Numbered from the stretch's first letter, positions 1-14,488 are shown. The stretch is DNA of 64,000 nucleotides from Azolla caroliniana (GCA_043228905.1 JBHGNT010000020.1:930001-994000), one strand, 5' to 3'. Program-made: numbers and translations. The notes: generated by a model from the sequence alone, not told the origin.

Positions 1-325
1 TTCTTGAAAGCATTAACCAACGTTTCAATATTCTGCAAGGGCAAGCTATGACCTTTAAAGTGATACTCGAATTGGATAGACAAAATGTATTCCATAGATT
101 CGAGAATATAAAATTGTTGAATGACTTTCATAATTAGATTGTAAGAACAAGAGATAAAAATGATTTAATCTGTTGAATAGCCTACATAGCTTGGTTTTGT
201 GGATTTCTTTCATTTGTATGCGAGAGGAAAGTATAGGACTCCCATAATTATATGACCACCCAACAATAATTTTATCTTGCCTATTTTAAGTTTCTGATAA
301 GCTTCCAAAGTAGTAGATTGAAATT

Positions 326-397
326 GCGCTTGTAGTCCAACGGTTAGGATAATTGGCTTCCAAGCAATAGACCCGAGTTCAACTCTCGGCAAGTGCA
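326..397 (+). tRNA. tRNA-Gly(TCC) variant (G3:U70, mismatch at the base of the anticodon stem); possible pseudogene
   Basis: GCGCTTG...ATTGG-CTTCCAA-GCAAT...CAAGTGCA. Confidence 0.55.
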
Positions 398-825
398 TAC
401 CATGTTATTTCAACCCTTTCGTAATGTTACGTTCTTCGAAAGTTTCACTAGAAGAGGTTAAAACGTCTCCAACAAATTGAAGTACAGATTGAAAGCAATT
501 ACCAACGTTTCAATATTCCGCAAGCGAATGTTATGTCCTTTAGTGCGATACTCGAATTGGATAGACAAAACGTATTCGATAGATTCGAGAATATAAAATT
601 GTTGAATGATTTTCATAATTAGATTATAAGAACAAGAGATAAAAATGAATTAATCTGTTGATTAGCTTACATAGCTTGGTTTTGTGGATTTCTTTCATTT
701 GTATGCGAAAAGAAAGTAAGGTTCAGTTTTTATTCGTACAGGTATAGGACTCCCATAAATATGCGACTACTCAACAATAATTTTATCTTGCCTATTTTAT
801 GTTTCACATAAGCACTAGAAGTATC

Positions 826-897
826 GCGCTTGTAGTCTAACGGTTAGGATAATTGCCTTCTAGGCAATAGACCCGAGTTCAACTCTCGGCAAGTGTA
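826..897 (+). pseudogene. tRNA-Gly-derived copy with anticodon TCT
   Basis: Anticodon loop CT-TCT-AG; acceptor 3' strand CAAGTGT gives two G:U pairs. Confidence 0.6.
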
Positions 898-3800
898 TAC
901 CATGTTATTTCAACCAGTACTCACGATCTAAAACAGAAATCTATTCAAGTCCCCTTCGTAATGTTACGTTCTTGCAGTTCTTGCAGAGTTTCATTGGCAG
1001 AGGTTAAACTGTTTCCAACAAATTGAAGTCCTATAAATAATTTGTCCAGAAACTGTTTTAATAAACTAGATACGTTTTTATCTTATAAGAAACTTAGAAT
1101 CACCTTTTGGTCACTCACATAAATCATAGAAAACATTAAGCACTCAGGTTTGATATGAGATATTTGTGCGACTTTAGAAGTATAATTAGAATATTTTTTT
1201 TCAATGCAATAAGCAACGTTTCAATATTCCGCAAGCGCATGCTATGTCCTTTAGAGCGGTACTCAAATTGGATAAAAAAAATGTATTCGATAGATTCGAG
1301 AATATAAAATTGTTCACTAACATTCATAAGTAGATTGTAAGAACAGGAGATCAAATTGAATTAATCTGATGAGTAGCTTACATATGTTGTTTAAGTGGAT
1401 TTCTTGCATTTTTATGCGAGAAGAAAGTAAGGTTCAGGTTTTATTCGTATAGGTATACGACTCCCATAATTATGCGACTACTCAACAATAATTTTATCTT
1501 GTGTATTTTATGTTTTTGATAATGTTCCACTGGAAGTAGGTGGAAATTGCGCTTGTAGGCCAACGGTTAGGTTAATTCCCTTCCAAGCAATAGACACGAG
1601 TTCAACTCTCGACAAGTGCATGCCATGTTATTTCAATCAGTACTCAGGATATAAAAGAGAAATCTATTGAAATCCGTTTTATAATGTTATGTTCTTCAAT
1701 AGTTTCATTAGCAATAAATTAAAGTCCTATAAATTGAAGTTCAAATTGAAAGCAATAACCAACGTTTGAATATTCCGCAAATGCATGTTTTGTCCTTTAG
1801 AGCGGTACTCGAATTGGATAAACAAAATCTATTCGATGACTTTCATAATTAGAGAGTTTCAATATTCCGAAGGCGCACGCTATGTCCTTTAGAGCGGTAC
1901 TTCAATTGGATAAACAAAATCTATTCGATTAGATTCGAGAATATAAAATTGTTGGATGAGTTTCATAACTACATTGTAGGAACAAGAGATCAAATTAAAT
2001 TATTCTGATGTTTAGCTTAAAAAGGCTATTTTTGTGGACTTGTTTCATGTGTATGCGAGAAGAAAGTAAGCCTCACTATTTGTTCGCTCAGGTATAGGAC
2101 TAACATTTACATGCGACTACTCAACAATAATTTTCTCTCCTATATTTTTTGTTTTTGACAAACTTCCCTTCGAAGCAAGGTTAAATTGTGCTTGTAGTCC
2201 AACGGTTAGGATAATTGCCTTCCAAGCAATAGATCCGAGTTCAACTCTAGCCCTACATTTACGATATTTTTCTTGAAAGCAATAGACTACGTTTCATAAC
2301 TAGATTCTAAGAACACGGGAAAAAATTGAATTAATAAGATATATTGCTCAAATAAGCTATTTTTAAGGACTTCTTTCATTTGTATGCTAGAAGAATGTAA
2401 GGCTTACTATTCGTTCACTTAAGTAACAATTGGTAAAGGTTAAGGACTAACATTGATATGCAAGTACTCCACAATACTTTTACCATGTATGTGTTTTGTT
2501 TGCGATGAAATTACGTTGGAAGTAGGCTCAAATTATGCTTGTAGTCCATAATAATCGTGAGTTCAACTCTCGGCAAGCGCACACCATGTTATTTCAAGCA
2601 CTACTTACTATCGAAAAGAGAAATATATTCAATTCCCTTCGACAATTTCACGTTATTGGAGAGTTTCATTAGCAGAGTTTAAAAACTCTCCAACAAATTG
2701 AATTCTTATAAATATTTGGTCATAAAACGGTCTCTCTAAACTAGTTTCGTTCTTATCTTATAAAGAATGTTAGAGTCACCCTTAGCTCTCTCTCATAAAA
2801 AAAGGTAAAGATCAAGGACTCAAGTTCATGTGAGATATTTGTGCGCCTGTAGGCCTAATTTTAGGATATTTTTCTTCCAAGAAATAGACCATGTTTGAAC
2901 ATTCCTCAACAACACGCTATGTGTTTTAGAGTAGTACTTCAATTGGACATGCAAAATCTATACGATTTGATTCGAGAATATAACATTGTTGGACGAGTTT
3001 CATAACTAGATTGCAAGAACATGGGAAAAGATTGAATTAATCTTATGTTTAAGTCAAAGAAGTTGTTTTTGTGGAATTGTTTGATTTATATGCGAGAAGA
3101 AAGTAAGGCTCAATATTTATTCGCATATGTGTAGGACACACATTTATATGCAACTACTCAACAATAATTTTATCTTTTCTATTTTTTGTTTTTAATAAAC
3201 TTCCATTGGAAGCAGGTGGAAATGGCGCTTGTCTATTCAAGTCCCTTTGATAATTTTATCTTGACTATTCAAGTCCATTTGATAATGTCACGTTCTTCGA
3301 GAGTTTCACAAGTAGAGGCTAAAAAGTCTCCAACAAATTGAATTCCTATAAATATTTGGTCGAAAAAGGGTTTCACTAAACTAGATTCGTTTTTATCTGA
3401 TAAGAAAGTTCGGGTCACCTCTTGCTCGCTCACATAAAACATGGTAAAGATTAAGGACTTAGGTTTGATATGAGATATTTGTGCGGCTTTAGCCGTACAA
3501 TTAGGATATTTTTGTTGAAAGCAATAACCAACGTTTCAATATTCCAAGCGCAAGCTATGTCCTATCGAGCGGTATTTCAATTCGATAAAAAAAATCTATT
3601 CAATTCGATTCGAGAATATAAAAGTGCTCTATAAGTTTCATAACTTGATTGTAAGAAGACAAGATCAAATTGAGTTAATCTGATGTTTCTCTTAAACAAG
3701 CTACTTATTCGCACATGTATAGGACACATTTATATGCGACTAATCAACTATAATTTTATCTTGTCCATTTTTTGCTTTTGATAAACTTCCCTCGGAAGCA

Positions 3801-5684
3801 AGTTTAAATTGCGCCTGTAGTCCAATAGTTAAGATAATTGCCTTCCAAGCAATAGACCTGAGTTCAACTGTCGACAAGCGTATACCATGTTATTTCAAAC
3901 AGTACTGGGGATCTAAAATAGAAATCTATTCAAGTTCCTTTGAGAATGTCACGTTCTTTCAAAGTTTCACTAGTAGAGGTTAAAAAGTCTCCAACAAATT
4001 AAATTCCTATAAATATTTGCTCCAAAAATGGTTTTACTAAACTAAATTCATTTTTATCTTATACGAAACTTACAGTCACCTTTTAGTTGGTCACATAAAA
4101 CATGCAGAAGATTTAAGACTCAGGTTTGATATGAGATATTTGTGCGGCTATAGCCCTACAATTAGGATATTTTTCTTGAAAGCAATAACTAACGTTTCAA
4201 TATTTCGCAAGCCTAAGCTATATCCTTTAGAGCGGTATTTTAATTGGATAAACAAAATCTATTCGATTAGATTCGAGAATATAAAATTGTTGGATGATTT
4301 GCATTACTAGATTGTAAGAACACGAGATCAAATTGAATTAATATGATGTTTAGCTTAAACAAGCTGTTTTTATGTACTTGTTTCATTTGTATGCAAGAAT
4401 AAAGTAAGGTTCACTATTTATTCGCTCAGGTATAGCACTCACATTTATATGCGACTACTCAACAATAATTTTATCTTGTGTATTTTTTGTTTTTGATAAA
4501 CTTCCAATCAACAATCAGGTTGAAATTGTGCTTGTAGTCCAACGGTTAGGATAATTGCCTTCCAAGCAATAGACCCGAGTTCAACTCTCTGCAGGCGGAT
4601 ACCACCTTATTGCAACCAGTACTCACGATCTAAAAGAGAAATCTATTCAAGTCTCGTTGATAATGTCACGTTCTTCGAGAGTTTCATTAGCAGAGGTTAA
4701 AAAGTCTCCAACAAATTGAAGTCCTATAAATATTTGGTCCAAAAACGGTTTTAATAAATTAGATTCGTTTTTATCTTATCAGAAACTTAGGGTCACCTTT
4801 TGGTCGCTCACATAAAACATAGAAAACATTAAGGACTCAAGTTTGATATGAGATATTTGTGTAGCTTTAGTCATACAATTAAGATATTTTTCTTGAAAGC
4901 AATAACCAACGTTTCAATATTCCGCAAGCGCAAGCTATATCCTTTAGAGCGGTATTTCAATTGGATAAACAAAATCTATTCGATTAGATACGAGAATATA
5001 GAATTGTTGGATAAGTTTCATAACTAGATTATAAGAACACAGGTATAGGAGTCACATTTATATGTGACTACTCAACCATAATTTTATTTTGTATATTTTT
5101 TATTTTTAACAAACTTCCCTTGGAAGTAGGTTTAAATTTTGCTTGTAGTCCAACGGTTAGGATAATTGCCTTCCAAGCCACACACCCGAGTTCAACTCTC
5201 GGCAAGCCCATACCATGTTATTTCATCCAATACTCACGATCTAAGAGAGAAATCTCGTCAAGTCCCTTTGATAATGTCACGTTCTTTGAGAGTTTCATTA
5301 CCAGATGTTAACAAGTCTCCAACAAATTGAATTCCTCTAAATATTTGGTCCAAAAACGGTTTCAATAAACTAGATTCGTTTTTATCTTTATAAGAAACTT
5401 CGGGTTAGCTTTTGCTCACTCACATAAAACATGGAAAAGATTAAGGACTCAGGTTTTATATGAGATATTTGTGCGGCTATTGCCGTATAATTAGGTTATT
5501 TTTCTTGAAAGCAATAACCCACGTTTCAATATTTCGCAAGCGCACCCTATGTGCTTTACAACGGTATTTCAATTGGATAAACAAAATCTATTCAAGTTTA
5601 TTCGAGAATATAAAATTGTTGGATGAGTTTCATAACTAGATTGTAAGAACATGAGATCAAATGGAATTAATCTGATGTTTAGCT

Positions 5685-6214
5685 TCGTGTGATAGGTTCA
5701 ATTGACCTCTTCTACCGCCGCGACCTCGTCCTCGATCACCGTCCGAATTCGAGAAGAACATTTGTCCTTCCGAATTCAAGAAGAACATTGATTGGAGTTC
5801 AAAGAATGAAGAATGGTTTTCTCTCGCCAAGATTGTCGTCTGGAATGGATCGAATTGTTGTGCGAGGCCGCCCAACCATACTTGGACCATCTCGTCTTCG
5901 TCGATGTTTATGTTGATGGAGCCAAGTGAGTTGCAAATGCTCTTAATCTGGGCGGTTTAGTCCAACAGGGACATGTCTTTTTGTAGAATGTTATTCAACT
6001 CTTGTCGGAGTTGAAGCTTGCGGGAGGTCGTGTTGGCGGCGAACATTTTCTTTAAGTTCTCCCACGCATCTTTGGGCGTCTTGGTGTCTGGAATGTTGCT
6101 AAGCATGTGGTCGTGGACACATGTTGCCAACCAATACATGACTTGACTCGCCGCTTGCTCCGATGTTGTCGGGTCAATTGTCTTGAACGCCGTTGATGTA
6201 GCTCCAATACCCAT
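5685..6214 (-). pseudogene. gag: Disrupted copia gag (Retrotran_gag_2/UBN2-like)
   Basis: ORF 5957-6214 (KTPKDAWENLKKMFAANTTSRKLQLRQELNNILQKDMS) and ORF 5657-5890 (LGGL...FQTTILARENHSSFFELQS...RGRGRGGRRG) are typical copia gag motifs broken by a frameshift/stop. Confidence 0.82.
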
Positions 6215-6470
6215 GGCTAACGAGGTATTGGGTCATCTTGTACTCCCAAGATGAATAATTGCTGCAGTCTTGCTTTTCACTAGGGAGCAAGCTACGCATT
6301 TGTGTGGTCATGTTGATTGTAGTGTCTTCTCTTCTTTTGCTTTTCTTCCTTCGATCATGTACACGTGCTACGTAGCGGCACTACGGTAGTCGATATCCGA
6401 ATTTTGTCGTTAGCGTCTCGAATACACAATCACAGAGTTGGGTGGGCTTAGGGGATTTTGTAAACCACAC

Positions 6471-6482
6471 GCTCTGATACCA
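6471..6482 (-). promoter_or_regulatory. Primer-binding site for initiator tRNA-Met
   Basis: Canonical TGGTATCAGAGC directly after the LTR terminal CA. Confidence 0.9.
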
Positions 6483-6592
6483 TGTTAAGAATTAGGTGAT
6501 TAATTAAGCAAGGGCTAATTAGTACCTAATTATGTGATTAGTTGATAGACGGAAGATTAAGTGATATGTGTGTGTTTATGTGTGTGAAAAGA

Positions 6593-6629
<37 letters not shown>

Positions 6630-6642
6630 TAGAGAGAGAGAG
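6593..6642. repeat. (GA)n microsatellite in the copia LTR
   Basis: Imperfect AG dinucleotide run, also present in copies 2 and 3. Confidence 0.9.
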
Positions 6643-9600
6643 ACCGAGATACGCTTATGAACAACACAAGATGGGGGATGAGTAACTATATTAGATTAGC
6701 ATCAACATCATCATCAAATACAAAAATACCTACAATGAGGTATATATAGATCTCATGTGCAAGGGTGCACATGTGTGAGGATAATATACGTACAAACGTG
6801 TAAGTCCTATATTAAATGTACTTGGGAGTGGAGGATCTAGAATATCCCACTTATGTACAAGGTACTATTTAAGGAGTTATAGTCAACACTTCTAACTAGA
6901 TTCTATCTAGGTAACTATGAAGTTACATGGTTGACTAACTAACTAAAGTAAGTTGAGCTTGATCTCTCAAGAAGCTCAAACAAGTTGTTTTTGTGGACTT
7001 TTTCATTTGTATGCTAGAATACAGTAGGGCTCACTATTCGTTCGCTTAGGTAACAATTGGTAACGGTTAAGGACTCACATTGATATGCAAGTAGTCCACA
7101 ATACTTTTATCTTGTATATTTTTTGTTTGTGATGAAATTCCATTGGATGTGGGCTCAAATTACGTTTGTAGTCTAACGGTTAGGATAATTGCCTTCCAAG
7201 CAATAAACCCGAGTTCGACTCTCGACAAGCGCACACCATGTTATTTCAACCACAACCTACGATCAGAAAGAGAAATCCATTCAATTCCCTTTGACAATGT
7301 GACATTGTTCAAGAGTTTCAGTAACAGCGTCTAAAAACTCTCCAACAAATTGAATTCCTATAAATATTTGGTCAAAAAACGGTTTCTCGAAACTAGTTTC
7401 ATTTTTATCTTATAAGTATGTTAGGGTCAACTTTTGCTCGCTCAGATAAAACATGGTAAAGATTAAGGACTCAGGTTCAAATGAGATATCTATGCCCTTG
7501 TACCCCTACAATTAGGATATTTCTCTAGAAAGCAATAGGCCAGGCTTCGACATTCCGCAAGCGCTTTTTGTGGAAAGCAATAGACTAGGTTCGTATAAGA
7601 TATCTATGCCCCTATATCTCTACAGTTAGGATATTTTTCTGGAAAGCAATAGACCAGGCTTCAACATTCTGCAATAGAGTAGGCTTCGACCACGCTATAT
7701 GCTTTAGTGTAGTACTTCAATTGGACAAGAAATATATATACGATTCGATTCAAGAATATGACATTGCATGACGAGTTTAATAACTAGATTGTAAGAACAC
7801 ACAAACAAATTGAATTAATCTGATGTTTAGCTCAAACAAGCAGTTTTTTGGACTTGTTTCATTTGTATGCTAGAAGAAAGTAAGGCTGACTATTCGTTCG
7901 CTCAGGTAACAATTGGTAAAGGTTCAGGATTCACATTGATATGCAACTGTTCCACAATAATTATATCTTGTATATTTGTTGTTTGTGATAAAATTCCCTT
8001 GTAAGTAGGCTCAGATTGCACTTGTAGTCCACCAGTCAGGATAATTGCCTTCCATGCAATAGACCCGAGTTCAACTCTCGGCAAGCACACACCATGTTAT
8101 TTACACCACTACTTCAGATAACCACTACTTAAGATGCAAAAGTGAAAACTTTACAATTCCCTTACACGGAGTGTAAAAAGTCTCCAACAAATTGAATTCC
8201 GATAAATCTTTCGTCAAACAATCGTTTCTATAAACTAGTTTCGTTTGTATCTTATAAGAACGTTATGGGCACCTTTTGCTCGCTCACATAAAAAATGTTA
8301 AAGATTATGGACTTAGGTTGATATGAGATATTTGTGAGGCTGTAGCCCTACATTTAGGATATTTTTCTTGAAAGCAATAGACCACGTTTCATAACTAGAT
8401 TCTAAGAACATGGGAACAAATTGAATTAATCAGATGTTTAGCTCAAACAAGCTATTTTGAAGAACTTGTTTTATTTGTATGCTAGAAGAAAGTAAGGCTC
8501 ACTATTAGTTCGCTCAGGTAACAATTGGTAAAGGTTAAGGACTGAGATTGATATGCAAGTACTCCACAATACTTTTATCTTGTATATTTTTTGTTTGTGA
8601 TGAAATTCTATTGGAAGTAGGCTCAAATTATGGTTGTATTCCAACGGTTTGGATAATTGCCTTCCAAGCAATAAACTCTAGTTCAACTCTCGGCAACTAC
8701 ACACTATGTTCTTTCAACCACTACTTACTATCGAAAAGAGAAATCTATTTGATTCCCTTCAACAATTTCACGTTGTTGGAGAGTTTCATTAGTAGAGTTT
8801 AAAAACTCTCCAAGAAATTGAATTCTTATAAATATTTTGTCATAAAACGGTTTCTCTAAACTAGTTTCGTTTTTATCTTATAAGAATGTTTGGGTCACCC
8901 TTTTCTCGCTCTCATAGAAAAAGGTAAAGATTAAGGACTGAGCTCGTATGAGATATTTGTGCGCCTGTAGGCCTAATTTTAGGATATTTTTCTTCAAAGC
9001 AATAGACCACGTTTGAACATTCCGCAAACGCACGCTATGTGCTTTAGAGCAGTACTTCATTTGGACATAGAAAATCTATACGATTTGATTCGAGAATATA
9101 ACATTGTTGGACGAGTTTCATAGCTAGATTGCAAGAACACGGGAATAGATTGAGTTAATCTTATGTTTAAGTCAAAGAAGTTGTTTTTGTGGACATGTTT
9201 CATTTGTATGCTAGAAGAAAGTAAGGCTCACTGTTCCTTTGCGCAAGTAACAATTGGTAAAGGTTAAGGACTCACATTGGTATGCATCTACTCCACAATA
9301 ATTTTATCTTGTATATTTTTTGTTTGTGATAAAATTTTATTGGAAGCAGGCTCAAATTGTGCTTGTAATTCAACGGTTAGGATAATTGTCATCCAATCAA
9401 TACACCCCAGTTCAACTCACGGCAAGAACACACCATGTTATTTCAACCATTACTTACTATTGAAAAGAGAAATATATTCAATTCCCTTCGATAATGTCAC
9501 GTTACTCAACAGTTTCATTAGCAGAGTATCAAAACTCTCCAACAAAATGAATTCCTATAAATATTTGGTCACCCTTTCGGTTTCTCAAAACCAATTTCAT

Positions 9601-11543
9601 TTTTATCTTATAAGAATGTTAAGTAACCCTTTGTTCACTCACATAAAAAAAGGTAAAGATTAAGAACTCAGGTTCATATCAAATATTTGTGTGCCTGTAG
9701 CCCAAATTTTAGGATATTTTTCTTGAAAGCAACTCTCCAGCAAATTGAATTCCTATAAATATTTGGTCAAAAAACAGTTTCTCAAAACTACTTTCGGTTT
9801 TATCTTATAAGAAGGTTAGGGTCGCCTTTTGCTCACTCACAGAAAACATGGTAAAGATTAAGGGCTCAGGTTTGATATGACATATATGTGCGCCTTTAGC
9901 CCTACAATTAGGATATTTTTCTATAAATCAATAGCCTACATTTCAACATTCCGCAAGCACACACTATGTCCTTTAGAGCGGTACTTCAATTGGATAAACA
10001 AAATCTATTCGATTTGATTCGAGAATATAAAATTGGTGGATGAGTTTCATAACTAGATTGTAAGAACACGAGAACACATTGAATTAATTTGATGTTTAGC
10101 TGAAAGAAGCTGTTTTGTTGGACTTGTTTCATTTGTATGCTAGAAGAAAGTAAGACTCAGTATTTGTTCGCTCAGGTCACAATTGGTAAAGGTTAAGGAA
10201 TGACATTCATATGCAACTACTGAGAAATAATTTTATCTTGTAAATTTTTTATTTTTGGTAAACATCGATTGAATGTAGGTTCAAATTGCGCTTGTAGTCC
10301 AATGGTTAGGGTCCAAGCAATAGACCCGAGTTCAACTCTCGGCAAGCGCATACCATGTTATTTCAAGCAATAATTTTATCTTGTCTATTTTTTGTTTTTG
10401 ACAAACTTCCATTGGAAGCAACTGGAAATGGCACTTGTAGTCCAATGGTTAGGATAATTGCCTTCCAAGCAATAGACCCGAGTTCAACTCTCTAGAAGCG
10501 CATACCATCTTACACACGATCTAAAAGGGAATTCTATTCAAGTCCCTTTGATAATGTTACGTTCTTCGTGGGTTTCATTAGCAGAGGTTACAGAGTCTCC
10601 AACAAATTGAAGTCCTATAAATATTTTCTCCAAAAACTGTTTTAATAAACTAGATTCGTTTTCATCTTATAGGAAACTTAGGGTTACCTTTTGGTTGCTG
10701 ACATAGAACATAGAAAATATTAAGGACTCAGGTTTGATATGAGATATTTGTGTGGCTTTAGCTGTACAATTAGGATATTTTTGTTGAAAGCAATAACTAA
10801 CGTTTCAATATTCCGCAATCTCAAGCTATGGGCTATAGAGTGGTACTCAAATTGGATAAACAAAATGTATTTCATAGATTCGAGAATATAAAATTGTTCA
10901 ATAACTTTCATAACTACATTATAAAATTCTGCAAGCACATGCTATGTCCTTTAGAGCGGTACTTCAATTGGATAAACAAAATCTATTCGATTCGATTCGA
11001 GAATAGAAATTTGGTGGATGAGTTTCATAACTAGATTGTAAGAACACGAGAACACATTGAATTAATTTGATGTTTAGCTAAAAGAAGCTGTTTTGTTGGA
11101 CTTGTTTCATTTGTATGCTAGAAGAAAGTAAGACTCAGTATTTGTTCGCTCAGGTCACAATTGGTAAAGGTTAAGGACTGACATTCATATGCAACTACTC
11201 AGAAATAATTTTATCTGGTAAATTTTTTATTTTTGGTAAAGATCGATTGAATGTAGGTTCAAATTGCGCTTGTAGTCCAACGGTTAGGGTAATTGCCTTC
11301 CAAGCAATGGACCCAAGTTCAACTCTTGGCAAGCGCATACCATGTTATTTCAATCACTACTTACAATCTAAAAGAGAAATCTAGTCAAGTCCCTTCGACA
11401 ATGGCACGTTCTTCAAGAGTTTCATAAGCAAGGTTTAAGAACTCTACAACAAATTGAATTCCTATAAATATTTAGTCAACAATAATTTAATGTTGTAACT
11501 TTTTTGTTATTGATAAACTTCCCATTCGAAGTAGGGTCAAATT

Positions 11544-11615
11544 GCGCTTGTAGTCCAACGGTTAGGATAATTGCTTTCCAAGCAATAGACCCGAGTTCAA
11601 CTCTTGGCAAGCGCA
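11544..11615 (+). tRNA. tRNA-Gly(TCC), near-intact
   Basis: Full cloverleaf with U32 and a G51:U63 wobble. Confidence 0.6.
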
Positions 11616-13690
11616 TACCATATTATTTCAACCACTACTAACGATCTAAAAGAGAAATCTATTCAAGTCCCTTCGACATTCTCACGTTCTTCGAGGGTTT
11701 TATTAGCAGAGTCTAAAAACTATCCAACAAATTGAATTCCTATAAATATTTAGTCAAAAAACTGTTTCTCTAAACTAGTTTCGTTTTTATCATGTAAGGG
11801 TCACCTTTTGCTCGCTGACATAAAAAATGGTACACATTATGGACTTAGCTTAATATGAGATATTTGTGTGCCTATTGCCCTACAATTAGGATATTTTTCT
11901 TGAATGCAATAGACCACATTTCAACATTCCGCAAGTGCACGCTATGTGCCTTAGAGCAGTACTTGCATTGGATAAAGAAGTCTATCCGATTCGATTCGAC
12001 AATATGACATTGGTCGATGAGTTTGGTAAGTAGATTGTAAGAATATGGGAACAAATTGAATTAATATGATGTTTAGCTCAAACAAGCTATTTTTGTAGGC
12101 TTGCTTCATTTGTATGCTAGAAGAAAGTAACACTCAATATTCGTTCACTCATGTAACAATTGGTAAAGGTTAAGGACTCACATTAATATGCAACTACTCA
12201 AAAATAATTTTATCTTGTATATTTTTTTGTTTTTGATAAACTTCGATCGAATGTAGGTTCAAATTGCTCTTGTAGTCCAACGATTAGGATAATTGCCTTA
12301 CAAGCAATAGACCCGAGTTCAACTCTCGGCACGCGGATACCATGTTAGCCCTACAATTAGGATATTTTTTGTTTTTGATAAATTTCCATTCGAGGCAGGG
12401 TCAAATTGCGCTTATAGTCCAACAGATAGGATAACTACCTTCCAAGAAATAGACCCGAGTTCAACACTCCGCAAGCGCACACCATGTTATTTCAAAAATT
12501 ACTCATGATATAAAAGAGAAATCTATTCAAGTCCCTTCGACAATGTAAAGTTCTTCGAGAGTTTCATTAGGAGAGTCTAAAAACTCTCCAACTAATTGAA
12601 TTCCTATAAATATTTGGTCAAAAAACGTTTTGTCTAAACTAGTTTCGTTTTTATCTTATAAGAAAGTTAGGGTCACCTTTTGCCCGCTCACGTAAAACAT
12701 GGTGAAGATTAAGTACTCAGGTTTGATATGAGATATTTGTGCGTGTTTAGCCCTAAAATTAGGATATTTTTCTTGAAAGCAATAGCCCACATTTCAACAA
12801 TCCACAAGGGCACGATATGTCCTGTAGAGTGGTACTTCAATTGGATAAACAACATCTATTCGATTCGATTTGAGAATATAAAATTGCTACATGAGTTTGA
12901 TAACTAGATTGTAAGAACACGAGAACAATTTGAATTAGTCTGATGCTTAGCTCAAACAAACTAATTTTGTGGACTTGTTTCATTTGTATGCAAGAAGAAA
13001 GTAAGGCTCACTATTTGGTCGCTTAGGTATAGGAGTCACATTTATATGCAGCTACTCAACAATAATTTTATCTCATATATTTTTTGTTTTTGATAAACTT
13101 CCCTTGGAAGCATGTTTAAATTTTGCTTGTAGTCCAATGGTTAGGATAATTGAATTAATCTGATGTTTAGCTCAAACAAATTGTTTTTGTAGGCTTGCTT
13201 CATTATTATGCTAAAAGAAAGTAACGGTCAGTATTCGTGCGCTCATGTAACATTTGGTAAACGTGAAGGACTCACATAGATATGCCATTACTCAACAATA
13301 ATTTTATCTTGTATATTTTTTATTTTTGACAAATTTCGATTATATGTATGTTCAAATTGCACTTGTAGTCCAACGGTTAGGATAATTGCAAACAATAGAC
13401 CCGACTTCAATTCTCGGCAAGCGCATACCATGTTAGCCCTACAATAAGGATATTTTTTTTGAAAGTAATAGCCCACGTTGTAATATTCTGCAAGCGTACG
13501 TTATGTCCTTTAGAGCGGTACTTCAATTGGATAAACAAAATCTATTCGATTAGATACGAGAATACAGAATTGCTGGAGGAGTTTCATAACTAGATTGTAA
13601 TAACACGAGATCTAATTGAATTAATATGATGTTTAGCTTAAACAAGTTGTTATTGTGGACTTGTTTCAGTTGTATGAGAGAAGAAAGTAA

Positions 13691-14488
13691 AAGAAGGAAT
13701 TAGTACTAAAAGAAGTATTAGTACTAAGAGAGTTGAAGAACTCTCGAGAGAAGGAAAGAGTGAGTGAGAGAGAGGGAGAGTGAGTGAGAGAGAGAGAGTG
13801 ATGATAAGAAAAGATATATATTATGTGAAGAAAATGTACAGTAGCTAGGAGGCTTAAGACTGGCATTGAAACGATTTGGTTCGAAATAATGCATTGTGCC
13901 TCCTTTTATAGTGTTCTAAGGAATACTCCTGAAGTTTCTAGAATGTTCTAGAGAAATCTAGAATATACATAGATTTTCTATAATAAAACATAAATGAAAA
14001 TAATATTCTACGTATTACAACGTATAGTCTAATGGTCAAGAGCTCGACCCATGTAGCATAAGGTCATGGCTTCGAGTCTTGCCATATCATGACATCAATC
14101 TTCCTATCACCAACTCATTTCCCCCTTTATCACCACCCCCCCTATCATCAAGATCTTCCACCTTAAATCCTTATAGCCTTCCGTCTATTTACACTCTTAT
14201 TACACCCCACTCACTATGATTATACTTTCCCTCTTTCTCCTCCCTTCCCCATTCTCAACATCCTATATAAACCACCATTTGTATTTCCATGACCTTTTGC
14301 ACTGATGAGCTCTAAGCGAGCGAAACTAGTTTGCTGCATAAGGTCTTTCCTTTCATTTTAATGAAAACTTCTTGAGTCTGTGTGTGTGTGTGTGTGTGCG
14401 CGCTTAGAATCTCTTCTTTTACTATTACATTATCTACTATCTCACAAAGTCGCATGCACTCCTTGCTACAACGGAACGGTTAATAACA
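13691..14488 (+). mobile_element. LTR-like insertion (5'-truncated solo LTR?)
   Basis: Non-satellite ~800-bp block interrupting a monomer at GAAAGTAA/AGGCTCA. Contains a GA tract, TATATAAA at ~14264 and (TG)n at 14379-14398, and ends TAATAACA. No clear 5' TG or clean TSD. Confidence 0.55.

Larger units (their letters stand above)
5685..6972 (-). mobile_element. Truncated Ty1/copia retrotransposon fragment (LTR part + PBS + gag), copy 1
   Basis: PBS TGGTATCAGAGC (rc of 6471-6482) abuts an LTR end ...TTAACA (6483). Copia-type gag fragments follow. Flanked by AGCT at 5681-5684 and 6973-6976, and the satellite resumes in register. Confidence 0.9.
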
